IMG/VR virus record: IMGVR_UViG_3300022666_000306
Coordinates: 1 to 41,200 of that record
Direction: 5' to 3' (one strand)
Source of the DNA: a virus
Lineage: Duplodnaviria > Caudoviricetes
Length of the DNA stretch: 41,200 bases
The translations under genes and the position numbers were made by a program. The notes beneath the pieces were generated by a model. That model saw only the letters and a program-made list of their open reading frames with translations, did no database searches and was not told the DNA's origin. Below are positions 1-9,473 of this stretch, piece after piece. Every line of letters begins with the position of its first letter. Positions within the stretch are counted from its first letter, which is position 1.

Positions 1-47
1 TCATAGTGTGTATTTATAAAATTAAGTACACAACTATTTAAAACTAA

Positions 48-73
48 AAGTGCGAACTTGTAAGTTCGCACTT
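48..73 (-). terminator. Intrinsic terminator, probably the original host tRNA-Lys terminator
   Basis: Inverted repeat AAGTGCGAACTT-GT-AAGTTCGCACTT running into a T-tract on the minus strand, just past the displaced tRNA 3' fragment. Confidence 0.7.
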
Positions 74-80
74 AATTTAC

Positions 81-127
81 GTGCACCTTGCCGGACTCGA
101 ACCGGCGACCTGTTGATTAAGAGTCAA
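81..127. repeat. att core copy 1 (displaced 3' part of tRNA-Lys)
   Basis: GTGCACCTTGCCGGACTCGAACCGGCGACCTGTTGATTAAGAGTCAA, identical to 41074-41120. Confidence 0.97.
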
Positions 128-223
128 TTTTACTTATTAATTTATTGGAAAATCGATTAGAAATTATGAGCGGATTGTTCTATTTGTTCTATATACTTGC
201 TGTTCAGGTACAATACAGGTACA

Positions 224-1288
224 TTATATTTTCTTAAATTTAACCTTCTCTATTTCTTTTCGGAATTGCTTCATTTCCGATTGAACATAAAATTCACTTG
301 TAACAGAAATACTGCTATGGTCAAGTAAATCTTTTACAATATTCCTGTCTATTCCTTTGTTGGCCATCCAGCTTGCAAAAGTTTTTCTTATATCGTGCAA
401 AGTATATGGACGTCCAATAATTTTTCTTTCAATTAATTTTTCTATGTCTCTTTGCCAGAATTTTGGTGAATCTCCTTCTGCATACATATCGAAAACTCTT
501 CCAGAGTTCTTGGGTTTCATTTCTTTTAATAAATCTAAAAGTTCTTTATGCAAAGGAAATATGAATTTTCTTTTTGCTTTGAGATTTGTTGCATACATAA
601 CTTCATTTTTAAAGTCGATATCTTCCCAGTATAATCTTAGTGCTGATGAGACTCTAAAACCTGTTAGTAATAAGAAATAAACAAAATGATATTGTGATTT
701 TAAACTTTCGCCTTTGTTTTTATAGTATTTTAATATTCTTTGAAATTCTATAAAGGAGATTGGTTCGGGATTTCCTTTAGGAGCTTTAATTTTAATAATT
801 ATATTTTCGGCAGCGTATTTATTTTTAATCAAATAATTCCAGAGAGCATGTAAATGTCTTAAGAAGATTGCTTGAGTTGTTTTTGTAAATCCCTTCTTCT
901 CAAAATATTTAAGTAATGATGAGTAATCACTATGATAGTAATTTTCTATATGTTTATTTGAATTACATTTTATCATATGATTAACAGCGATTGTATAGGT
1001 TTTAATAGTGCCTTCTGCTATATCTGGTTTTTTTGAAAGAAATTCTATTAAACCATCAGATAGCAGCATTCTTTTCTTTAATCGAACGCCGAATTCTTCT
1101 TCAATCTTTTGTTCAACAATGCCTGCTTCAAATCTTTTCTTTAATTCTCTTGCTGCAGTCCAACCTTGTTTATTGGCAATAATTTTTGTTGAAATTGCTT
1201 TTATCCGTTTACTTGGTTCTCTTTCAGATTTATCGTAGTATTTTAACCAGATGAAAGGAGAACCTGTCCTTGTATAGAGTGATGCCAT
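224..1288 (-). CDS. int: Tyrosine recombinase / phage integrase
   Basis: Catalytic motifs TGFRVS, HDIRKTF, LDHS, terminal Tyr (EFYV); adjacent to att. Confidence 0.95.
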   Translation of the reverse strand: MASLYTRTGSPFIWLKYYDKSEREPSKRIKAISTKIIANKQGWTAARELKKRFEAGIVEQKIEEEFGVRLKKRMLLSDGLIEFLSKKPDIAEGTIKTYTIAVNHMIKCNSNKHIENYYHSDYSSLLKYFEKKGFTKTTQAIFLRHLHALWNYLIKNKYAAENIIIKIKAPKGNPEPISFIEFQRILKYYKNKGESLKSQYHFVYFLLLTGFRVSSALRLYWEDIDFKNEVMYATNLKAKRKFIFPLHKELLDLLKEMKPKNSGRVFDMYAEGDSPKFWQRDIEKLIERKIIGRPYTLHDIRKTFASWMANKGIDRNIVKDLLDHSSISVTSEFYVQSEMKQFRKEIEKVKFKKI

Positions 1289-1314
1289 ATTAAATATTAT
1301 TTGGGAATATTTGT

Positions 1315-1524
1315 TTAGTTATTACAAAAATTTAATAATCCTTTTTCTATTGCTAATGCGAGGATGATTCTATCTTCTCTCTTTTCCAGTGTATTCAATT
1401 TAGCGATTTTTATTAATGTTGAAAGTTCTTTGCTTCTACTTACCTCGGCTAAATCGTGTCTTACTTTACGAAGTTCTAAGTAAAGTTTATTGAGTTTGTT
1501 TCTGTTTGGCAGAGTTGTTTTCAT
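1315..1524 (-). CDS. Hypothetical protein
   Basis: 69-aa ORF, start overlaps the upstream stop within the cI-int run. Confidence 0.6.
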   Translation of the reverse strand: MKTTLPNRNKLNKLYLELRKVRHDLAEVSRSKELSTLIKIAKLNTLEKREDRIILALAIEKGLLNFCNN

Positions 1525-2027
1525 TACCGTAATATTCCTGATGCATCTGCTATTACAAATCGTCCTTTTGAGGTCGAAGATTTTAATATAATATTACCCG
1601 ATTTAATTTGTGTGATGATTGTTCCGGGTTTATTTGAACGCACTTGAGCAGAGATATATAAAAAGGTTCCAACTTTAGCATTAAATCTTTTTTCCCATGG
1701 TAATGTAATATCTTCCTGCTCGGTATCTCCGTTTGCGTTTGCATAATATACAAAAGCTTCTTCTACTGTTCCTGTAACGGAGTAAGTAACTAATTTAATT
1801 GGGGTTGTATCGATCTTACTAATTGGTCTATAGAGAAAATAAAAAACAGCTAACGCTACAATAATTAAGATAGTTAATACCTTTGTAGAAAAATTATTTT
1901 TATCTTCTCCAGAACTTTCACCATTCGTTTGGTTTTGCTTTTTAGATTTAAATAGCAAACTGATAACTAAAACTAAAAAGCCTCCTATTATAGCTCCAAG
2001 AAATCCTATGTAAGTATCAGGGTTCAT
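1524..2027 (-). CDS. Membrane protein with MmpS-like Ig domain
   Basis: Two hydrophobic segments then VTYSVTG...ITLPWEK pattern resembling the MmpS family. Confidence 0.65.
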   Translation of the reverse strand: MNPDTYIGFLGAIIGGFLVLVISLLFKSKKQNQTNGESSGEDKNNFSTKVLTILIIVALAVFYFLYRPISKIDTTPIKLVTYSVTGTVEEAFVYYANANGDTEQEDITLPWEKRFNAKVGTFLYISAQVRSNKPGTIITQIKSGNIILKSSTSKGRFVIADASGILR

Positions 2028-2039
2028 ATTAGGTGAATA

Positions 2040-2273
2040 TTAATTTGTAATGGTGACTGTTATAATTGGATAGATGTTTACGCCTTTAATCGGTTTTTTA
2101 TATTTTTCAATCCAATTCTTTTCATTAAATGCATAGAAGGCATAATTGTTTGGTAAGGGTTTTGAGGTAAAATCAACCAAAATTATGTCGCCCTCTTTAA
2201 TCACTGGGTTTACTTTTTTTATCCAACCCTTTTTTACTATGAATTTTGCTTGCTTAATTTCTTCTTTTCTCAT
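2040..2273 (-). CDS. Small degenerate peptidase S24-like domain protein
   Basis: GDIILVD / IEKY / IYPIITV align by eye with CI GDIVLVD / IKRY / IFPVVQI; start overlaps the cI end. Confidence 0.6.
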   Translation of the reverse strand: MRKEEIKQAKFIVKKGWIKKVNPVIKEGDIILVDFTSKPLPNNYAFYAFNEKNWIEKYKKPIKGVNIYPIITVTITN

Positions 2274-2904
2274 CTCTAATATTCAGAACAATTTGGACAA
2301 CTGGGAAAATTGCTACAATGTCATTTTTGTCTATTAATCTTACATCATAGTTGGGATTATCACTACTAAGTTGTACAAATGCAAAGTTAAGATTTTTATA
2401 TCTCTTGATATATTGGTTTCCGTTTTTCAACTTTACTGCAACCAAATCTCCATCCACCGGTAATAAATCCATATCAACCAAAACTATATCCCCATCATTT
2501 AAGGTCGTTTCCATGCTTCTTCCATTTACTCTTAAAGCAAAGCACCTATTATTATTTTTTTTGTAAGTAAAAAACGATACTTCATCATAATGCTCAAGGT
2601 CAATTAAGTTTGGATCACCGGCAAAGACGGTCGCTAAAATAGGGTATTGAAAAGCCTGTATTTTCCCTTCAAAAGTGTCCTGTGAATCATTTGCAGGTTT
2701 CTCTTCCGGAGTTAAATCAATCAATTTTTTTGCTTCCCGAACAATGGCATTGTAGATATCAAGGTCTAATTCAGGACTTTCCTTCAAGTGGTAATTAAAA
2801 TTTTGAGGAGTCAATCCCACTTTTCTGGCAATAAAAGCTTGAGAAATGCCAGCGTTTTTTAGCTTTTGTAACAATTCAATAATGAAATCTTGTCTTTTTG
2901 ACAT
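2254..2904 (-). CDS. cI: CI/LexA-like repressor (HTH + S24 autopeptidase)
   Basis: N-terminal HTH, Ala-Gly cleavage site (VFAG), GRSM catalytic Ser, IKR catalytic Lys; divergent from early operon. Confidence 0.92.
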   Translation of the reverse strand: MSKRQDFIIELLQKLKNAGISQAFIARKVGLTPQNFNYHLKESPELDLDIYNAIVREAKKLIDLTPEEKPANDSQDTFEGKIQAFQYPILATVFAGDPNLIDLEHYDEVSFFTYKKNNNRCFALRVNGRSMETTLNDGDIVLVDMDLLPVDGDLVAVKLKNGNQYIKRYKNLNFAFVQLSSDNPNYDVRLIDKNDIVAIFPVVQIVLNIRDEKRRN

Positions 2905-3049
2905 AATATAAAGTATTTTTTATAATCCAACTTAAGTATATCAATATAAAAGATATTTTTACATTTAGTAAAATTTTTCTTGATTATTATAAAGTAATCC
3001 TTTATATTATCAATAGTAATATTTGATATTTTATAAAGGATTAAGAAAA
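2905..3049. promoter_or_regulatory. Divergent lysis/lysogeny switch with operator-like dyads
   Basis: TATAAAG-N5-CTTTATA at 2988-3006, similar dyads at 2945-2963 and 2907-2924. Confidence 0.6.
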
Positions 3050-3259
3050 ATGATTGAATTAGACGCTACTCGAAAAATCGGATATCAAGCCGTAATCAAA
3101 TACTCGAATAAATTCACTATTCCGCTTCCTCAGACTTTCCTTGAGGATAATGAGATAAAGCAAAACGACGAATTGGAAATTTACAGAGAACGTGTTAATG
3201 GTCGCGATGCTATTATTATTATGCCTCGTAAAGAAAATCAAGAGGCTACGTTAAACTAA
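3050..3259 (+). CDS. AbrB/MazE-type DNA-binding protein
   Basis: FTIPLPQTFLEDNEIKQNDELEI pattern; ATG 3050 has an AAAGGA SD. Confidence 0.7.
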   Translation: MIELDATRKIGYQAVIKYSNKFTIPLPQTFLEDNEIKQNDELEIYRERVNGRDAIIIMPRKENQEATLN

Positions 3260-3301
3260 ACATTATTCTTTTTTATAATCTCAAAAAAAAATTTATGAAA
3301 A

Positions 3302-3718
3302 ATGAAAGCTAAAGACGAAATAAAAATATTAATTGCTAAATCAGGAAAGTCTTATCAATGGTTATCAGATAGAACAGGTATTCCGTTTCATAAACTTTAC
3401 TATGCAGTAAACAACTCCTCAGATGCTCATGATATTGACTTGGATTATTATGTCAGCGTGATGAATGCTTTTGAAAAAGAGGGAATAATTGGAGATGGTA
3501 AAATTGCTTGTAATAGTCTGATTGAATTATCCTTTCGAAGTAACTCAACAATTGGTAGAGAGTTAAAAAAGCTTAATGATGAAATATCTGGTGCTATTGC
3601 AGACGGAAAATTCAAACCTGATGAAAAGAAAAAACTTCGACCTCAATTAATTGAATCAAGGAATGAATTGATGAAAATATTTGATGCATTGATTAATCTT
3701 ACAGAGGAGGTAGAATAA
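3302..3718 (+). CDS. Cro-like HTH / CII-like regulator
   Basis: N-terminal HTH; C-terminal AIADGKFKPDEKKKL resembles phage CII (CP76)-type proteins. Confidence 0.65.
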   Translation: MKAKDEIKILIAKSGKSYQWLSDRTGIPFHKLYYAVNNSSDAHDIDLDYYVSVMNAFEKEGIIGDGKIACNSLIELSFRSNSTIGRELKKLNDEISGAIADGKFKPDEKKKLRPQLIESRNELMKIFDALINLTEEVE

Positions 3719-4068
3719 TGCTGATCACTTCTGAAATGATTTGGAATAAGCTCTGCGGTATTGAAGATAAGATTCAAGCAATTGAAGAAAGAGATATTGC
3801 AAATAGTATCAGAGAAATATCACTGCATAGAGCTTGCAAAATTCTAAGTATTGGAGCAGAAAATTTAATAGACAAAGTGAACAAAGGTTATATCAAAGCT
3901 CGCACTATAAAAACGAACGGAAAAACTTATTACAAGTTTTTAATCTCTGATATTTATGATTATCAAAAAAATCACACCAAAATTGATAACAGTAAACACT
4001 TTGATTCAACCAAACAAAGACTGACAGCTATTCGTGACAAATTTCTTATGGAGATTCAAAATGGATAG
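3718..4068 (+). CDS. Excisionase-like (MerR-type HTH) protein
   Basis: ISLHRACKILSIG...VNKGYIKA...YKF pattern. Confidence 0.6.
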   Translation: MLITSEMIWNKLCGIEDKIQAIEERDIANSIREISLHRACKILSIGAENLIDKVNKGYIKARTIKTNGKTYYKFLISDIYDYQKNHTKIDNSKHFDSTKQRLTAIRDKFLMEIQNG

Positions 4069-4417
4069 AGTGCAAATCAAAGAATTAATGAAAATCGATT
4101 TAATTAATTTTAGTTCATTTAGTAAACCGCTGACAAGTGAATATTTTCAAAATAAATACAATGTCAGCGATAACGAAGTAAGAAGATTTTTCAAACTCAT
4201 TGAAACTGAAGAATCAAAGAAACAAACTCCCAAATATTTTTTTGGCTCGACTGACGATGGATTTTTTATTGCACAAAATTATAATGAAGCTGAAGCTGCG
4301 TGTAGATACTTAGAGAATAAATTCAAATCAATTGCTGAACGTCATTCTCAGAGAATATCTACACGAGATAGACTTTTTAAGGACGCTAAATTTAAGCAGC
4401 AAACACTATTTCAATAA
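4061..4417 (+). CDS. Putative winged-HTH protein
   Basis: VSDNEVRR...GSTDDGFFIA pattern; ATG 4061 follows a GGAG SD. Confidence 0.55.
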   Translation: MDRVQIKELMKIDLINFSSFSKPLTSEYFQNKYNVSDNEVRRFFKLIETEESKKQTPKYFFGSTDDGFFIAQNYNEAEAACRYLENKFKSIAERHSQRISTRDRLFKDAKFKQQTLFQ

Positions 4418-4433
4418 TTAATAAAGGAACCAA

Positions 4434-4631
4434 ATGACTACAATATCAATTTTTTCTTATTCAAACGAGTATTGCATAATTGAAGCAAGCAATAACAGAG
4501 GCTTTATTCGTGCATTGGTGAAGAACGATAAAATCATATTAAAGCTAATCTTTATAAGAATAAAGTTAGCCTACAGAAATTTATTGTCATTGTTTTTAGA
4601 CCGGAGTAAAAAAGGAAAGCAAAAAATATGA
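4434..4631 (+). CDS. Hypothetical early protein
   Basis: AAAGGA SD; ATGA overlap with next gene. Confidence 0.55.
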   Translation: MTTISIFSYSNEYCIIEASNNRGFIRALVKNDKIILKLIFIRIKLAYRNLLSLFLDRSKKGKQKI

Positions 4632-4909
4632 AACCAAAAATAGTCAAAGACAAAACTCTGCCATCTACCTGGAAAAGAGTAGTCACCGGTGAGCATAAAT
4701 ACATCATCATGCAGAGTTCAAATACGAAAAATATAACTTCTGAAGTATATCATTCTGATGACTGCACATTGAACAATACACATTTCCTGTTTGAAATAAA
4801 AGGCGGTATTGATAAAGCATTACTATCGATTGGACATTACGAATTTGAACAAGAGCAAATTCAAGAGAACGAAAAATTGATAGATGAATTTTTAGGTGGA
4901 ATAGAGTAA
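4628..4909 (+). CDS. Hypothetical early protein
   Basis: Tightly packed co-directional ORF. Confidence 0.6.
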   Translation: MKPKIVKDKTLPSTWKRVVTGEHKYIIMQSSNTKNITSEVYHSDDCTLNNTHFLFEIKGGIDKALLSIGHYEFEQEQIQENEKLIDEFLGGIE

Positions 4910-4912
4910 GAA

Positions 4913-5194
4913 ATGAGAATAGAAGTTTTATATCCAACTAATTATTACAATCCACCTGAAGAACCAGAGCTTACAAAAAGAGAAGAAATGGAAGCCTTGA
5001 ACTGTTTTCAGTTATTTCATCAGCTTAATGAAGAAGGACAGAAAGACGTTAAAGCAATTTTGATTGATGAAATAAAGTCGTATAAGTTTAATTATTTGAT
5101 GGAAGCAATTGAATTCTACAATGGAAAAGAAATCTGGAAAGAATTCTATAATGAACTTAAAGAAACAATGATTGAAAAAATTTTAAATAAATAA
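4913..5194 (+). CDS. Hypothetical early protein
   Basis: Tightly packed co-directional ORF. Confidence 0.6.
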   Translation: MRIEVLYPTNYYNPPEEPELTKREEMEALNCFQLFHQLNEEGQKDVKAILIDEIKSYKFNYLMEAIEFYNGKEIWKEFYNELKETMIEKILNK

Positions 5195-5195
5195 A

Positions 5196-5217
5196 AGGGA
5201 CTGCGTTAACAGTCCCT
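5196..5217. terminator. Intergenic hairpin (terminator or processing site)
   Basis: AGGGACTG-CGTTAA-CAGTCCCT; T-tract only on the minus strand. Confidence 0.5.
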
Positions 5218-5263
5218 AAAACATAATAATCAATAATCAATAATAATTCAAAGGAAATATAGC

Positions 5264-6421
5264 ATGGAAACACAAATCGTGCAAACACAAAATTCGGATT
5301 TATCCGACACCCATCTTGATGGACTTGGAACTGTTCTACAGGAAAAGTTACAAGCCAGAATCGAACGAGGGATTTCTCGTTCAGCGTCCTACTTGGACAG
5401 AATAGATACGGAAGGAAGATTACTAAACGATTTTATCTTGCCATTGGGAGCTAATAAAAAAGTAGCGTTCTTTTCTGAAACCGATAAGGTATTTATGAAT
5501 ATTACGAATGGTGAGGTTCATAATTATTCCTTACATCCACACGCAATAGCCCAGGCTGGTGATAAACTTGGTATTCCTCAATCTTACATAAAAAGTCTTG
5601 CTGAGTCAAAACTTGAATGGAAGACCGACTTAGCGGCAAAACTATTAAATGAACACTCTTTGCATGCTACAAGGCAAAGAGTTTTAGTTCGGGAAGTTGG
5701 CGGTGAAATTAGAGGGATTCTTTCGGACCAGTACCGAAGATTGAACTCAACAGAAATTTATTCATCATTTATTACCGCTGTGAAAGAGCAGAGCGCTGTA
5801 ATTTATGATGCTTATGCAGATGATACACGGAGCTATCTTGAAACCCTGTACCCGCAATTAATTTCTGTTCCAACATTAAAGAATGGCATCGTTTATATGG
5901 CTTATGGCATAAGATTATCAAGTTCTGATTTTGGCGACGGAGCATTAGAATTGCGTGCATTTCTGGTACAAACAGTTTGTATGAATGGGCTTGTACGGGA
6001 CTCAGTATTGAGACAAATTCATTTAGGCGCAAAGATTCCAGATAACATTCAGTTGTCTGAGAGGACTTACCGACTTGATACACAAACTCAAGCTTCAATT
6101 ATCAAAGACTCCGTAAAGCAATTAATGAGTAAAGATTCTATTTATTCAAATGCTTTACAAATTCAAAGAGCAAGTGAGATGGAAGTTGATCTGGAAAAAG
6201 AATTCAAGCTTTTACCAAAAGTAGGGTTATCAAAAAATGAGACGGAAGAAGTAAAAACAGTAATCACCTCAAATAAAAGCAGTGATGGTGTGCAGGGCGA
6301 GAATACGTTATGGAAACTTGCTCAATCTATTGGTGCAGTAGCCAGAGCAAAGGATGAGCGCAGGAAAAGAGAGCTCGAAGAAATTAGTGGAAAGTTATTA
6401 GAAAGGATAAAGGTGAACTAA
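5264..6421 (+). CDS. DUF932/DUF945-family protein
   Basis: RGILSDQYRRL...SSSDFGDGA...VCMNGL motifs. Confidence 0.75.
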   Translation: METQIVQTQNSDLSDTHLDGLGTVLQEKLQARIERGISRSASYLDRIDTEGRLLNDFILPLGANKKVAFFSETDKVFMNITNGEVHNYSLHPHAIAQAGDKLGIPQSYIKSLAESKLEWKTDLAAKLLNEHSLHATRQRVLVREVGGEIRGILSDQYRRLNSTEIYSSFITAVKEQSAVIYDAYADDTRSYLETLYPQLISVPTLKNGIVYMAYGIRLSSSDFGDGALELRAFLVQTVCMNGLVRDSVLRQIHLGAKIPDNIQLSERTYRLDTQTQASIIKDSVKQLMSKDSIYSNALQIQRASEMEVDLEKEFKLLPKVGLSKNETEEVKTVITSNKSSDGVQGENTLWKLAQSIGAVARAKDERRKRELEEISGKLLERIKVN

Positions 6422-7816
6422 ATGAGAATACTATCATTTCAAGCAGAAAATTTTAAGAAGCTTAAAGTTGTGAGCTTTACACCCGATAAGAATAAAGTGC
6501 TTATCAGTGGTGCAAATGAACAAGGGAAGTCATCAATTCTTGATGCAATACAGGTTGCACTTTGCGGCAAGGATTCATTGAAGAAAATCCCAGAACCAAT
6601 TCGCAAGGGTGAGAAAAGCGGAAGCATTCATATTACTATTGGAGAAGACGATGCTAAGTACATTGTTACCCGCACTTTTACTCAAAAAGATTCTTACTTA
6701 ATAGTTGAAACACCAGAGGGAGCCAGACATGGCTCTCCTCAAAAACTCTTAGATGAGTTGTTCAATAAGAAAACTATAGACCCGTCTGAATTTTTAGTTC
6801 TCGACGACGAGAAGCAGTTGAAGTTAATAAAAGAGATTGCTGATATCCCTATTAACCTTGACGAATTAGAAGAGAAAAAACAAACCTATTATGATGAGAG
6901 AACAATAGTAAATCGAGAAGTAAAATCTCTTGAGAGTAGATTTTCAGCTCTACCTATACCAGAACCAAACTTACCTTTAGAAGAAATTAGTGCATCTGAG
7001 ATATTAAATAAAATAGAAGATGCAACAACCGTTATTGCTGAAAATAACGAAAAAAGAGAAACACTAAAATCTATTGCAAATGAATTTAATCAGCTAAAAG
7101 CTGAAAAGTTAAAGCTTGAAGAACAGAAAAAAGAATTAGAGCAAAAGATTATAAGTATTGATAAAAAACTAAATGAAAGGCAAATCGAAGGAAAACAACT
7201 AAAGGCAGAAGTTGAAAAACTTATTGACCCTGACATTACTCAATATACTAATGAGTTAAAAAATCTTGAAGCAACTAATAAAAAAATCAGAAACCGAAAT
7301 GATTTTATCTCACTTGAAAGTCAAATCTTAAAAAAGAAACAAGAGAGAGAAAATCTTACTTCAAAGATTACTGAACTTGAACTAACAAAAGAGGATGCCT
7401 TGAAAAAAGCAAAGTTTCCTATTCAGGGACTTGGGATTACAGACAATGGAATTACATTTAAAGGCATTCCTTTTAGCCAAGCTTCGCAAGAAGAGAGAAT
7501 CCGGGTAAGCCTTAGTATCGCAATGGCTCAGAACCCTACCTTGAGAGTTATCATGATAAGAGATGCCTCATTATTAGATTCCAGAAACTTGAAAGTTATT
7601 GAAGAAATAGCTGAAGCAAAGGATTATCAAATATGGCTCGAAAAAGTTGACGAAACCGGTAAAGTAGGAATAATGATAGAAGATGGAGAGATAAAATCAT
7701 CAACACAAGAACCTGATCCGATAAAAGAACCGGTACGCTCTACTTCGAGAAGAAAAGTCAATGAAACTGAATTGAATTTTGAGTGTGGTGAAGAATGGAA
7801 AACAATAAATCATTAA
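6422..7816 (+). CDS. SMC/SbcC-like coiled-coil ABC ATPase
   Basis: ENFK, Walker A GANEQGKS, long coiled coil, signature-like ASQEE, Walker B IMIRD. Confidence 0.85.
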   Translation: MRILSFQAENFKKLKVVSFTPDKNKVLISGANEQGKSSILDAIQVALCGKDSLKKIPEPIRKGEKSGSIHITIGEDDAKYIVTRTFTQKDSYLIVETPEGARHGSPQKLLDELFNKKTIDPSEFLVLDDEKQLKLIKEIADIPINLDELEEKKQTYYDERTIVNREVKSLESRFSALPIPEPNLPLEEISASEILNKIEDATTVIAENNEKRETLKSIANEFNQLKAEKLKLEEQKKELEQKIISIDKKLNERQIEGKQLKAEVEKLIDPDITQYTNELKNLEATNKKIRNRNDFISLESQILKKKQERENLTSKITELELTKEDALKKAKFPIQGLGITDNGITFKGIPFSQASQEERIRVSLSIAMAQNPTLRVIMIRDASLLDSRNLKVIEEIAEAKDYQIWLEKVDETGKVGIMIEDGEIKSSTQEPDPIKEPVRSTSRRKVNETELNFECGEEWKTINH

Positions 7817-8607
7817 TTAAAACAGATAATAATGAAGAATTGCAATTTAATACCGAACTTGAGTACAATTCAACGCCGAATCCTGTAATAACAGATCCGG
7901 CGAAAATTAGAGATTGGGTTATTAATCTTCAAAAATTTATCAAGCTTTGCGAAAGACCTCTTGAAAGTGAAAAGATAAAAACTTTCTATGAAGACCCTAA
8001 AACAAAAACTAAGCCCATATTTAAGTACGTCCCTATTGACGTAATTGAGACTCAAGCAAAGAAATTATTTATGGGATTAATTGATGAGCAAGAGCCACAC
8101 TACCAAGTAATAGGGAACGAAATAGTCGGAACACAAAGGTTTAGGGTATTTCATCCTGTTGCCGGTGTTTGGGTAGGAGTTGTTGGTTGGGCTGCTATCC
8201 AAATAAGAATGAATAAAAACTCAGACCACACAGACCCACGGAATAAAATAAAAAACGCACTCCAGTTAGATTTCCCTCACCTTGCATCGGAAATCTATAA
8301 AAATGCGTTTCAAAAGTTTGGACGTCAATTTGGCAGAGGATTAAGGCGGGATTATTTAGACGAATACGAACCTTTAATTATTGATGAGACAGAAAAGAAA
8401 AGGCAAAAGAAAGACAATGATAAAGATGACGAACTTCTCGAAACATTTAAGAGAAGAGTTGATGATTATTACAATGTCTATACTAATGCTGACCACTTAA
8501 AGAAAGACGCTTTCAAGATAACCGAAGAGGCAAAAAAACAAAAAATGAGCGAAGTAAATATAGCTTTACTTAAGAACTATATTCAAGAAACAATTAACAA
8601 ATATTAA
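7795..8607 (+). CDS. Putative single-strand annealing protein (Rad52/Sak-like)
   Basis: KYVPIDVIE...KNAFQKFG..FGRGL pattern; lies between ATPase and exonuclease. Confidence 0.55.
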   Translation: MENNKSLIKTDNNEELQFNTELEYNSTPNPVITDPAKIRDWVINLQKFIKLCERPLESEKIKTFYEDPKTKTKPIFKYVPIDVIETQAKKLFMGLIDEQEPHYQVIGNEIVGTQRFRVFHPVAGVWVGVVGWAAIQIRMNKNSDHTDPRNKIKNALQLDFPHLASEIYKNAFQKFGRQFGRGLRRDYLDEYEPLIIDETEKKRQKKDNDKDDELLETFKRRVDDYYNVYTNADHLKKDAFKITEEAKKQKMSEVNIALLKNYIQETINKY

Positions 8608-8618
8608 AGGAGTATAAA

Positions 8619-9473
8619 ATGAAAATCGGATTAGCGGATATTAATTTTGATATAACAATCGACAATAATTCAGAGGCACTACAAGAGGTGCCTCCTGCTG
8701 CAACTTCTCAACCTATTGATAAGCCTGTCTTTAGAAAATCAAAAGTAGTGCATTATTTCTCCTGTCCGAAGAAATATAAATTAGCTCTTGATTACGGAGA
8801 CGAGATTGAAACAACAATGGCAATGAGACAGGGACTTATTTTTGAGAACTTCGTTCTTGGTAATAAACCAGACCACGATACGCAAGACTTCAAAGAAAAT
8901 GTAATAGGAAAGATTACAGCTCCGACAATGAAACACATTAAAGCTCAGGCAGAAATCGTTAAGGAAGATTTTCTTGACGGCCAAGCATATCTTAAACTAC
9001 GACACGAGACCGATGATTTTATCGTGACTGGCGAGCTTGACTATGTAGGCGATATTATTTATGAAGGTGATGCTTTAACTTGTATTGCAGACCTTAAATA
9101 CACCTCTAACATAAATGAATTATGGAATAAGAAAGCGCGTAAATCAGACTTTTTGGATGCTATTTTTTATACATATTTATTTCAACGTAACCACGGCGTT
9201 ATGCTTCCTTTTCTTTACAAGATAGTCGAAAACACTTATGTAAAACCATTAGTAAAAGATATACTTATTCAAGTAACCGAAAATGATTTTAATTGGCTTG
9301 AACGAAAACTAAATGAAATAGAAAATGATTATTGGTTCGAGCCAAGAGTTAATGAAAACAATTGTCTTGGTTGGAAATCATTTTGTAAATGTCAATTTCT
9401 GGAGTTTTGTACAGAAGGCCGGGAATTTATTTGCGAACCTCTGGAATTAGAATTCTCTGGGCTTGACGAATGA
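8619..9473 (+). CDS. PD-(D/E)XK Cas4/RecB-like exonuclease
   Basis: SCPKKY, GELD, ADLK, C-terminal Cys cluster (C..W..FC.C....FC). Confidence 0.75.
   Translation: MKIGLADINFDITIDNNSEALQEVPPAATSQPIDKPVFRKSKVVHYFSCPKKYKLALDYGDEIETTMAMRQGLIFENFVLGNKPDHDTQDFKENVIGKITAPTMKHIKAQAEIVKEDFLDGQAYLKLRHETDDFIVTGELDYVGDIIYEGDALTCIADLKYTSNINELWNKKARKSDFLDAIFYTYLFQRNHGVMLPFLYKIVENTYVKPLVKDILIQVTENDFNWLERKLNEIENDYWFEPRVNENNCLGWKSFCKCQFLEFCTEGREFICEPLELEFSGLDE

Noticed and set aside
81-127. Second tRNA gene
   Set aside because: Only the 3' part is present, without D-arm or 5' acceptor strand; it is the att duplication
357-1238. Plus-strand ORFs inside the integrase, and similar antisense or nested ORFs elsewhere (e.g. 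5772-6098, 12422-12754, 37248-37730, 38487-38852)
   Set aside because: Shadow ORFs of well-supported genes, with no motifs or SD
5224-5250. Short AATAATC tandem repeat
   Set aside because: Low-complexity AT-rich leader with too few units to support a function
8619-9473. CRISPR-Cas system suggested by the Cas4-like nuclease
   Set aside because: No repeat-spacer array or other cas genes seen; context is phage recombination
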